Below are positions 40,354 through 48,507 of a stretch of DNA of 64,000 bases, one piece after another. The first letter of the stretch is position 1, and every line of letters begins with the position of its first letter. Position numbers and translations under genes: made by a program. The stretch comes from Cytophagales bacterium (GTDB lineage: Bacteria > Bacteroidota > Bacteroidia > Cytophagales > MED-G16), in NCBI GenBank assembly GCA_045568775.1, contig JBJLAJ010000006.1, positions 65,936 to 129,935 of the forward strand, given 5' to 3'. Below the pieces are notes generated by a model that was not told where the DNA came from, made no database searches, and worked only from the letters and a program-made list of their open reading frames with translations.

Positions 40354-41237
40354 TATTCCCATAGATTAGATTCCCACTCCATAAGGTCTTGCTCTACCTT
40401 AAAGCTAGCCATAATCCCTTCTTTTCTAGACCTAGCATACAATTCAGATACCCTTATGTCATCCGCATTAGCAATTTTTACTATGATTCCTTTAAATAAC
40501 CTTAAAAGAAAAGCATCTCCTAAATTCTTATGTTGAGCAATGTTGTTTTCATTAAACCATATAGCTCCTTTTGGCATAGATTTAAATAGATTATAAAGAT
40601 CAATAAATCTAAATGACGCTATAGGCTTTTCGAATCCAGCAGGGTTATAAAAGCTATCACCAGGCAAAAACATTGTAATGGCCTGAATATCAAAATAAAT
40701 TCTTGAATGAATTCTGTCAAAATATAAATCTTCTTTAATTTCAAAAATAGAAAACTCTCTTTTTGGTATAAAAATTGGTCCAGTCTCAATTTCTTCAACT
40801 TCCTCAGCAAATGGGTCTGCTTCATCAAAGGAAGCAAAAGGATCATCTAAATCAAACCCTTCCTCTTCTTCAACTTCCTCATCAACCTGTTGTATGTTCT
40901 CAACAAATTCTTCTCTTGACATTACGTTACTATCATTAACGGAGTCACTGCTATAGGGGATCAAAACACCTCTTTCTACAGCATCTATAATTATTTTAGA
41001 CATCTCTCTATTTCTAGCAAAAAAAGGTTTGTTTTGTTTTTCTTTAAGATCAACTCTTCTCCACAGAGTTTTCTTCCACATTAAATAAGATTCATGTACT
41101 TGTCTTAAAGACAATGGATTATATCCGTTTGATTCTGATCCAGTAGTTTCTTGAAATGTTACCTGAGAATAGGTCTCATCTACAGATACAACTGAAAGCA
41201 AAAAATAAAGTACAAGAATCTTATTTATTTTATTCAT
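40350..41237 (-). CDS. gldN: Type IX secretion / gliding protein GldN (PorN)
   Basis: 295-aa ORF with a signal peptide. RQVHESYLMWKKTLWRRVDLKEKQNKPFF matches the remembered conserved GldN N-terminal block. It follows gldM by 4 nt. Confidence 0.8.
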   Translation of the reverse strand: MNKINKILVLYFLLSVVSVDETYSQVTFQETTGSESNGYNPLSLRQVHESYLMWKKTLWRRVDLKEKQNKPFFARNREMSKIIIDAVERGVLIPYSSDSVNDSNVMSREEFVENIQQVDEEVEEEEGFDLDDPFASFDEADPFAEEVEEIETGPIFIPKREFSIFEIKEDLYFDRIHSRIYFDIQAITMFLPGDSFYNPAGFEKPIASFRFIDLYNLFKSMPKGAIWFNENNIAQHKNLGDAFLLRLFKGIIVKIANADDIRVSELYARSRKEGIMASFKVEQDLMEWESNLWEY

Positions 41238-41241
41238 AATT

Positions 41242-42849
41242 TTATTTTAAAGGTATAGTTATATACCTAGGAGCAAAATTCTTAAATTCTTCAACTTCTC
41301 CTAAAAAGTTTGCTCTAGCTACCTTTTTAATTTCAATAACAATGTTATCTCCTTTCCTCTTACCAGCAAGTTTATTGAGGTTAACGTTTTTACTATTAAC
41401 CCTTTGTCTAGATACTCCTCTTCCTGCTCTAACGAGGTTAATTTCAGCCTCACGAACTTGAAATCTAGCATCTTTTGGTAAAAATTCGGCAAAACTCGCA
41501 TCAGCAATTGCGTCCAAGCTAAAACTTGGTGTGCTAACTGGGATACCTGATTTAGCATCAATCTCTTTACCTTTAATCCTTGCCTTTATCTCGGGTGCGG
41601 GAATTTGTCTTACACCAAAAGATTGAGAACCTATAAAGTTTCCAGCATTACTTACATTAAGATCAACCTTCTTAGACTTTGGTATGATAGTTACCACACC
41701 AGCCTTTGAACCTCTAACAACATCTCCTCCTCTTGCAGAAAATGTAGGATTATATTCTGATCCTAGTGCTGGAACATTAACAGTTAATTCATTACCACAA
41801 TTAAAATACAATGCTTGAACTGAAGCAGATTGAATCTGGATAACAGGTCTAGCAACAAAATATTCAACTGTGTCAATAAAAGTTGTATCTCTTCCTCCTG
41901 GAAGGGTAACACTAATTGATCCAATATAACTTTGTTTTGATAATCCTTCTCCATCATAATTACCTCCTTTAGCAACAAACTCATAATAACCTCTTCCATT
42001 CGACACCTCTAAAGTATCTCCATCAGCAGTCATAGTAGGAACTATAGCTGAAGAAGCTGCAGATAAAAATAATTGAGTCTTATATTTTGCACCTGCTGCA
42101 ACAACTTTCTGTTCTGGTAATGTAGTTAATGAGACAACATCAAACTTTAAATCTGCAGCCCCCACAGAAGCAGCAAGTTTATCAAGCGCCTTAATCTCAA
42201 GGTTTATAACCTCTGCCTGAAGCTGACTAATTGTTGCAAGACCCGCGCCAGCAGAAGTACCAAAACCAAAATTTAAAGTAGAAAAAGAAGGGTCAGTCGG
42301 TGGGTTATCAGCATACATAGGTATCTGATCAGCATTTCTTGCAAGATCGTGGATGCCAGATTCTTTGTCACCATTATACACTGAATCTAGAACAAAAGTA
42401 GAGAATTCATTTATCAATATTTGTAAGTCATCACCGTTAGTTAGGTTGTCTTTATTCTCATCTTTATTCATATAGCTATATACAAAGTCTATATTTTTAT
42501 AACCTTTGATACCAGTCTTAGAATCTTTTCCTCCAGTCTCTTCTACAATAAGGTTTTTAATATCACCCATATGGTTAATTAGAGCGTTTGACTTATCTCT
42601 TACTGACTCAGAAAGTGTTAACACACGTATATCTTCATTCCTGTTACCTGATTCTTCAACCGCAGCTCTAATAGTCTCTACTTTATTAGAGTTATCTATA
42701 GTTTTTTCACTATTTGTAGACTCAAAACTCTCGTTTATTAAAATAAACTTTTTTAACACCTTTGTATCAACATTAAGAGCTAACATAGCAATTAACACAA
42801 TGTACATCATGTTAATCATTTTCTGTCTAGGGCTATCTCCTCCAGCCAT
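41242..42849 (-). CDS. gldM: Type IX secretion / gliding motor protein GldM (PorM)
   Basis: 535-aa ORF with the hallmark N-terminus MAGGDSPRQKMINMMYIVLIAMLALNV. Confidence 0.87.
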   Translation of the reverse strand: MAGGDSPRQKMINMMYIVLIAMLALNVDTKVLKKFILINESFESTNSEKTIDNSNKVETIRAAVEESGNRNEDIRVLTLSESVRDKSNALINHMGDIKNLIVEETGGKDSKTGIKGYKNIDFVYSYMNKDENKDNLTNGDDLQILINEFSTFVLDSVYNGDKESGIHDLARNADQIPMYADNPPTDPSFSTLNFGFGTSAGAGLATISQLQAEVINLEIKALDKLAASVGAADLKFDVVSLTTLPEQKVVAAGAKYKTQLFLSAASSAIVPTMTADGDTLEVSNGRGYYEFVAKGGNYDGEGLSKQSYIGSISVTLPGGRDTTFIDTVEYFVARPVIQIQSASVQALYFNCGNELTVNVPALGSEYNPTFSARGGDVVRGSKAGVVTIIPKSKKVDLNVSNAGNFIGSQSFGVRQIPAPEIKARIKGKEIDAKSGIPVSTPSFSLDAIADASFAEFLPKDARFQVREAEINLVRAGRGVSRQRVNSKNVNLNKLAGKRKGDNIVIEIKKVARANFLGEVEEFKNFAPRYITIPLK

Positions 42850-42879
42850 AATTTATTTATTTAAAAGTTATTTTAATTT

Positions 42880-43629
42880 CTACTTATGCATGGCATCATA
42901 CATACCAACATAAATCTTATTAAGTTTATTTAAATTCTCAGTAAGGTCTTGTAACTCTTTCTGCAATCTTAAAGCATCATTTTGAGCCTTAGTCATACTT
43001 GTAGCAGTCTCAGTAATTTGTCCTGAAGCCGTAACAATAGCACCTAGTGAACTTGAGGCACTTTTTAAATTTTCTTTATATTCTTCGGTTAAACCTACAG
43101 CTTCTTTCACACTTGAAGTAGAAGACGCTAAGTCTTTTGCGGTAGCTGAAATGGTACTGTAAGACTCATTAACAGAGTTAAGAGACTCAGTAGCTCCCTT
43201 TATGCTATTTTCATAAGCCTTAGCAGCAACAGAAGCTCCAGCCAAATCATTAATGTTAGTAGCTTGCGCAGCCATTTTCTTCATACCGTCTCCAACACTT
43301 TTAAGTACAGCCGGATCTAGTTTAGCTTCTTTCATTATATTTCCCACTTGCGATGCAGAAGTTCCTTCAGCACCTGTTCCCAATGCCGGGTATACTTTGC
43401 TCCAGTCCCACTCGTGTTTACTTGGAGGGTCAAAAGCACTTAAAGTAAATATTAACGCCTCTGTTCCAAGACCTACTATTAACATTAAGTTAGCAAATGG
43501 CCAACCCTGTAATTTAAAGAGCGCTCCTAGTATTACTACAGCAGCTCCTAAACCATAAATCACATTCATATTATCCTCATTCTGAAGCCAAGCCAGAACA
43601 GGATTACTTGATTTTTTCTTAGTTATCAT
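42880..43629 (-). CDS. gldL: Type IX secretion / gliding motor protein GldL (PorL)
   Basis: 249-aa ORF with two TM helices: YGLGAAVVILGALFKL and LIVGLGTEALIFTLSAF, the latter carrying the conserved TM Glu. Confidence 0.85.
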   Translation of the reverse strand: MITKKKSSNPVLAWLQNEDNMNVIYGLGAAVVILGALFKLQGWPFANLMLIVGLGTEALIFTLSAFDPPSKHEWDWSKVYPALGTGAEGTSASQVGNIMKEAKLDPAVLKSVGDGMKKMAAQATNINDLAGASVAAKAYENSIKGATESLNSVNESYSTISATAKDLASSTSSVKEAVGLTEEYKENLKSASSSLGAIVTASGQITETATSMTKAQNDALRLQKELQDLTENLNKLNKIYVGMYDAMHK

Positions 43630-43680
43630 TTTTTATACTGTTTAATTATTTTTTCTTTTTATTTAAAATTAATCTTTTTT

Positions 43681-44706
43681 CTATAAACCTTCTAAGTTTC
43701 TACCTAAATGAGGCATTGCCGTCCTAAAGCCTATAAAAGCTCTAGTTGAGTCTTTATATTCAAAAGTTCTTGTTGCAACCTCAATAAAAAAGGCAATATC
43801 TTTCCAAGAGCCTCCCCTAATAACTTTCTTGTCATTAGTATCATCTCTGTAAATTGGATTTAAATCCCACACAATTGGATTATAGGAATCTATATATGCG
43901 TCCTCACACCACTCAGCAACATTACCAGACATATCATATAAACCAAAATCATTAGGGAAGAATACTCCAACTGGAGATGTGTATGCATACCCATCATCAA
44001 CATAATTTCCTCTTCCAGGTTTAAAGTTTGCCAGCACACAACCTCTTGAATTTCTTGTATAAGGATTTCCCCAAGGATACTTAACATTATCTCTTCCTCC
44101 CCTTGCCGCATACTCCCATTCAGCTTCAGTTGGCAATCTGAATGAAGGAAAAGGCAAAAGCCCTTCTTCTTTTCTATAACCGTTTAAGAAACTTGTTCTC
44201 CACCTAGCAAATTCTCTTGATGACTCCCACGATACACCAACAACTGGATAGTCATCAAAAGCGGGATGTGACCAATAATAAGCAAGTAGAGGGTCTCCAT
44301 AATGATGTGTAAAGTCACTTGACCAAACAGTAGTATCAGGTTTTAATCCCTCAAGGGTCATTCCCTCAGATAGTTCATAATCTGGATTCTCTTCAATAAA
44401 CTGGATAAACTGTCTGTATTCATCATTGGTAATCTCAGTGTCATCCATATAGAATGCGCTGATAGTTACTTGTCTGTTAAAGTTACTTTGATCCGATTGA
44501 ATATTTTCATCAGCTTGTCCCATATAAAACCTCCCGGTAGGAATATAAACCATACCATACTGTGCTGACATTTCAAAGCCATCTCTGTCTAGAGTTCCAA
44601 CTAATTGTCCACGCGGATTCTTCTTGCTTGAGCCGCCACCAAGAATGCCACAAGCGCCCAATGATAGAAGCAATAGAGTATATATTAAACCTGAAAATTT
44701 TTTCAT
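43681..44706 (-). CDS. gldK: Type IX secretion / gliding lipoprotein GldK (PorK), FGE-sulfatase fold
   Basis: The track ORF starts at 44730. Met at 44706 gives a classic lipoprotein signal, MKKFSGLIYTLLLLSLGAC. GMVYIPTGRFYMGQ, EAEWEYAARGG and RGGSWKD are FGE-sulfatase/GldK motifs. Confidence 0.85.
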   Translation of the reverse strand: MKKFSGLIYTLLLLSLGACGILGGGSSKKNPRGQLVGTLDRDGFEMSAQYGMVYIPTGRFYMGQADENIQSDQSNFNRQVTISAFYMDDTEITNDEYRQFIQFIEENPDYELSEGMTLEGLKPDTTVWSSDFTHHYGDPLLAYYWSHPAFDDYPVVGVSWESSREFARWRTSFLNGYRKEEGLLPFPSFRLPTEAEWEYAARGGRDNVKYPWGNPYTRNSRGCVLANFKPGRGNYVDDGYAYTSPVGVFFPNDFGLYDMSGNVAEWCEDAYIDSYNPIVWDLNPIYRDDTNDKKVIRGGSWKDIAFFIEVATRTFEYKDSTRAFIGFRTAMPHLGRNLEGL

Positions 44707-44800
44707 GACTTTAAACATAACTAAACGCAAAGTTAAAACTTAACTTCAAATTATCTAAATTATTGTTTTTAATGATAAATTTTTTAGTTAGATAGTTGGA

Positions 44801-44808
44801 CAAATATA
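44801..44808 (-). promoter_or_regulatory. Candidate -7 box TATATTTG upstream of gldK-L-M-N
   Basis: Exact TAnnTTTG match 94 nt upstream of the preferred gldK ATG (44706). A TTTG lies 14 nt upstream of the box. Confidence 0.25.
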
Positions 44809-44861
44809 GTAAAAGTATCTTTCAAAGCTAAATTTGATCAAGTGATTGAAAAATTAAAAAA

Positions 44862-45812
44862 TCAGTAAATAAATCTTGGTGTTCTTATGGGTTTTTTCAA
44901 CTGAGGGGTTGGCAAGTCATATCTGACAACAAGTTCATGAGATACTGGAGCCTTAGCGTTTACATTATGTACAACGTAATCGAAAGAATATCCAACAAAT
45001 AACTTGTTCTTTTTTAAGAAATGATAACCTAAGAATCCAACAATGGCTTCATCATACCTATAAGATGCTCCGATATTCATTTTTTTTTGATAAGTAGCTA
45101 ATGCACTAACATCAAAAGTATGTGATGTAAAGTCAGACCTAACTAATAAATATGGCTCAATTGTTAAGTCCCTATCAACTTCAATCAAATATTTACCCAA
45201 AAAAGAAAAATTTCTAAATTCTATATTTTTCAAGTCATCTATACCAAAGTCAAAAGATGATTCTGTAAGGTTCTTTACCGATAGACTTACTAAAAACTTT
45301 TCGTTAAAATATGAAAATCCCAATCCAACATCAGGTTTAGACTGAGTCTCACTTCTTTTTATATTAAAAGGATCATCTGGATTAACAAAAACCAAAGAAC
45401 CAAAATTTAATGTTGTACTCTTAAATGAAGGTGATATACTAAAACTTATATAAGAATTATTTACTTTTTTCTTAATACCAAAGTAAGGCGAAATGTTAAA
45501 TACCTCTTTAGGGCCTAAATTATCTGATATAATATTCATTCCAAATGAGTAAGCTTTATCTCTGCTTTTTAAATTAAGTGAAAACATTCCGGTTGTTGGA
45601 GACTCAGATGCACTTGAGAGGTTAGTAGGATTATAATTAGACCATTGGTTTCTATAAACTAATGTAGCATTATTGTTTTCATAAACTGAAGAGAGACTCG
45701 AATTAATAAGAGACGGGTTTACCAAGTATGTACTAAAATACGGATCTTGTTGAGCTTTTAGTCCAGTTTGGGAAAGAAAGAAAAAAATAAAAACTAATAA
45801 AAAATTCCTCAT
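44862..45812 (-). CDS. porP: PorP/SprF-family type IX secretion membrane protein
   Basis: 316-aa ORF with a signal peptide followed by the QQDPYFSTYLVNPSLINSS family signature, and beta-barrel-like strands. Confidence 0.8.
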   Translation of the reverse strand: MRNFLLVFIFFFLSQTGLKAQQDPYFSTYLVNPSLINSSLSSVYENNNATLVYRNQWSNYNPTNLSSASESPTTGMFSLNLKSRDKAYSFGMNIISDNLGPKEVFNISPYFGIKKKVNNSYISFSISPSFKSTTLNFGSLVFVNPDDPFNIKRSETQSKPDVGLGFSYFNEKFLVSLSVKNLTESSFDFGIDDLKNIEFRNFSFLGKYLIEVDRDLTIEPYLLVRSDFTSHTFDVSALATYQKKMNIGASYRYDEAIVGFLGYHFLKKNKLFVGYSFDYVVHNVNAKAPVSHELVVRYDLPTPQLKKPIRTPRFIY

Positions 45813-45817
45813 TAATA

Positions 45818-46609
45818 CTATAAATTATTAGACTGCTTAATATATAATTCAATTGCTCTTGTCATAGAAGGCACATCCTTCATGGGCGCCTTTATGTCTA
45901 ACTTTAAATTATTTTCTTTAATAGCCTTAGCCGTATTCTTGCCAAAACCAGCAATCCTAGTGTTATTTTGTTCAAAATCTGGAAAGTTTTTAACTAAAGA
46001 ATCTATACCATATGGTGTGTAAAACACAAGAATATCATAGAAAACCTTTTTTAATCGCTTTAGGTCACTGGGAACGGTATTGTAAATTATAGCCTCAGAA
46101 TAGGTACACTCATTGTCTTTTAAAAACTGTGAAATTGTATCCCTTGTTATGTTTGAACATGGAAATAAATATTTTTCATCTGGAAATTTTACCATCACAT
46201 CTTTCATCAAATCTAATAATTGGGCAATGGTCCTCTCTCCAGTGAATATTTTTCTTTTTCTGATAACTATATATTTCTGAAGATAATTTGCGGTCTGTTC
46301 AGAGTTACAAAAATATTTCATGTCAGTTGGCACGGTAACATTCATTCCCTCTGCAATTCTAAAGAAATGATCAACGGCATTTCTGCTAGTAAAAATTATT
46401 GCCGTATGATTTAAAATATTAATTTTTTGTTTTCTGAAATCTTTAATGGAAACTGGATCAATTTTTATAAAGGGCTTAAAATGAATCTTTAAATCATATT
46501 TTCTAGCTAGACGGTAAAAAGGGGCATTATCATCCTTCGGGTCAGGCTGTGAAACAAGAATTGATTTAACAGGATTTAATCTTTTCTTATCGTATTTAAT
46601 CTCGCTCAT
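45818..46609 (-). CDS. hemD: Uroporphyrinogen-III synthase-like (HEM4 family) protein
   Basis: 263-aa ORF. ILVSQP...IFTSRNAVDHFFRI...MKYFCNSEQTANYLQKYIVIRKRKIF matches the flavobacterial HemD-like family as I remember it. It ends 5 nt upstream of porP. Confidence 0.65.
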   Translation of the reverse strand: MSEIKYDKKRLNPVKSILVSQPDPKDDNAPFYRLARKYDLKIHFKPFIKIDPVSIKDFRKQKINILNHTAIIFTSRNAVDHFFRIAEGMNVTVPTDMKYFCNSEQTANYLQKYIVIRKRKIFTGERTIAQLLDLMKDVMVKFPDEKYLFPCSNITRDTISQFLKDNECTYSEAIIYNTVPSDLKRLKKVFYDILVFYTPYGIDSLVKNFPDFEQNNTRIAGFGKNTAKAIKENNLKLDIKAPMKDVPSMTRAIELYIKQSNNL

Positions 46610-46647
46610 ATTATGAATTTATTAGTTGTAAAGTTAACGAAATGATT

Positions 46648-47451
46648 TCAAAAATTAGCAAGATCGAGGTATGCTAATAATTCATCAAAAAAATCAACTA
46701 TTAAAACAATATCAAAAAATAATACAGATGGTATAAAACCAGCTATTAAAATAACCAATAAAAGGTTTGATCTTTTTTCTGTAGATATTTTATTTAAGTG
46801 ATTAAATAATATCAGTGGTCTTATAATTACTACAAGCAGCTTCATTGCAGTAAAAAAATTATACGCTGCCTGAAAAGAAAAAAATTCATATACTATATAG
46901 GAAAAAAAAACATTGACAAAGCTTAAAATAATAGTGAGCCTTAAGAAGTTTAAAAGAAAAACCTTTCTGATCTGATTTGAAAAATTAAAAATATAGGTGA
47001 CTATGAAAATAATAATTATTCTAAAAGAGATAAAAAGAATTAAGGGAAACAAGAAGAGAATCCATTTCTGAAATAAATTAAATTTCCCTATTGAATCAAC
47101 AACTATAAAATTTGAGTCCTCAAAAACATATATTGAAAAAAAAGATATTACTAATGAATATATAAAAAGAGGGAGGATGTTTGCCAATGAAAAAAATTGA
47201 CTGCGATAAAAAAAATCCTCTTTGCTCCCCAAAAACACAATGTTTTTGATATTAAAATATCTTTTAAAGAACAAAGGGTAATTAATTTTGTAATATGTCA
47301 GAACCAATGAAATAATAAAAACAGATAATAAAATAGAGTTATAATCATAAATTGATTTTTTTTGTGTTTGAATAAAAGATAATAACAAATGCCAGGAATC
47401 TATATACATATTCCATTCTGTAAAATGGCTTGTCATTATTGTAATTTTCAT
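46648..47451 (-). CDS. DUF4271-like polytopic membrane protein
   Basis: 267-aa ORF with 6-7 hydrophobic helices and remembered synteny with hemD-like/porP/gldK. The start is uncertain (Met at 47451, 47436 or 47409). Confidence 0.6.
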   Translation of the reverse strand: MKITIMTSHFTEWNMYIDSWHLLLSFIQTQKKSIYDYNSILLSVFIISLVLTYYKINYPLFFKRYFNIKNIVFLGSKEDFFYRSQFFSLANILPLFIYSLVISFFSIYVFEDSNFIVVDSIGKFNLFQKWILFLFPLILFISFRIIIIFIVTYIFNFSNQIRKVFLLNFLRLTIILSFVNVFFSYIVYEFFSFQAAYNFFTAMKLLVVIIRPLILFNHLNKISTEKRSNLLLVILIAGFIPSVLFFDIVLIVDFFDELLAYLDLANF

Positions 47452-48507
47452 TTTAGCACATTAAGTAATTATTCAGAATTAGTTGGTTCAATTATAACTG
47501 AAATAGATGCCAATCAAAAAAAATTTAAATATAGTGACGTCTCCACTATATATTTTGGCGGAGGAACACCATCAATTATAGAAGAAGATTTACTTCATAA
47601 AGTTTTAATCAAAATCAATGATAAATTTAAAATTAATAATAATTGTGAAGTTACAATTGAAGCAAACCCTGATGATATTTCTTTTGATAAATTAGAGAGA
47701 TGGAAAAAGATAGGCTTTAATAGGATAAGTCTAGGCGTTCAGTCATTTAATGATACTATTTTAAAAAAACTAAATAGAATACATACATCAAGGCAAAGCC
47801 ATAATGCTATTAAAAAAATTAAAAAAACATTTAAAAATTTTTCTGTTGATTTAATGTTTGGGACGCCAAACTCTGATGTGAAGAGCATTAGAAAAGACTT
47901 AGATATAATAAAAGAGATAAATCCTCCTCACATTTCAATTTACAATATGACAGTAGAGAAGAGAACAGTTTTTTACAAATTAGTAAAAAACAACAAAATG
48001 ATTTTACCAGGGGATGATGATGTCTTAAATCAGTATGACATTATTCTAAAAAAAATGAAGTCCATGGGTTATATTAACTATGAGATATCAAACTTTGCAA
48101 GAAAAGAATATGAATCAAAACACAATTCAAATTATTGGAAAAGCGAGAAATATTATGGATATGGGCCAAGTGCTCACTCATATGATAAAAAAAGAAGGTA
48201 CTGGAATATAAAAGATAACAAAAAGTATATAGAAAATATTAATAATAACCTTAGGGTATATGAGAAAGAAACATTAACAGAAAAAGAAATCATCAATGAA
48301 TACATACTAACTAGAATAAGAACAATTTCTGGTATAAATGTAAATGAAATAAACAGAAGGTTTAAAAAAGATTTCTTAAATGAAAAAGAAAAAAATTTAA
48401 TTTTTTTTGAAAAACAAAAAATGATTACATATGATAAATCAAGAATTAAATTAACTGACAAAGGAAAAAGAATAGCAGATTATATAACTGAAAAAATTAT
48501 GTATTAG
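47389..48507 (+). CDS. hemW: Radical SAM haem chaperone HemW (HemN-like, oxygen-independent coproporphyrinogen oxidase family)
   Basis: 372-aa ORF with IYIHIPFCKMACHYCNF (CxxxCxxC). Confidence 0.85.
   Translation: MPGIYIHIPFCKMACHYCNFHFSTLSNYSELVGSIITEIDANQKKFKYSDVSTIYFGGGTPSIIEEDLLHKVLIKINDKFKINNNCEVTIEANPDDISFDKLERWKKIGFNRISLGVQSFNDTILKKLNRIHTSRQSHNAIKKIKKTFKNFSVDLMFGTPNSDVKSIRKDLDIIKEINPPHISIYNMTVEKRTVFYKLVKNNKMILPGDDDVLNQYDIILKKMKSMGYINYEISNFARKEYESKHNSNYWKSEKYYGYGPSAHSYDKKRRYWNIKDNKKYIENINNNLRVYEKETLTEKEIINEYILTRIRTISGINVNEINRRFKKDFLNEKEKNLIFFEKQKMITYDKSRIKLTDKGKRIADYITEKIMY

Noticed and set aside
40619-44111. Same-strand alternative-frame ORFs inside gldN, gldM and gldK (40619..40846, 41319..41561, 41784..41999, 43890..44111), which might have suggested overprinted genes in the T9SS operon.
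   Set aside because: The translations are Leu/Gln/Lys-rich nonsense with no signal peptide or TM logic. The host frames carry the conserved Gld motifs. They are most simply explained by the lower A+T content of these conserved genes.
44730-44746. Hairpin AAGTTAA-AAC-TTAACTT between porP and gldK, as a possible terminator or attenuator.
   Set aside because: The 7-bp stem is almost all A/T (one G-C pair) with a 3-nt loop and no U-tract. It would be thermodynamically marginal and lies within a possible alternative gldK start region.
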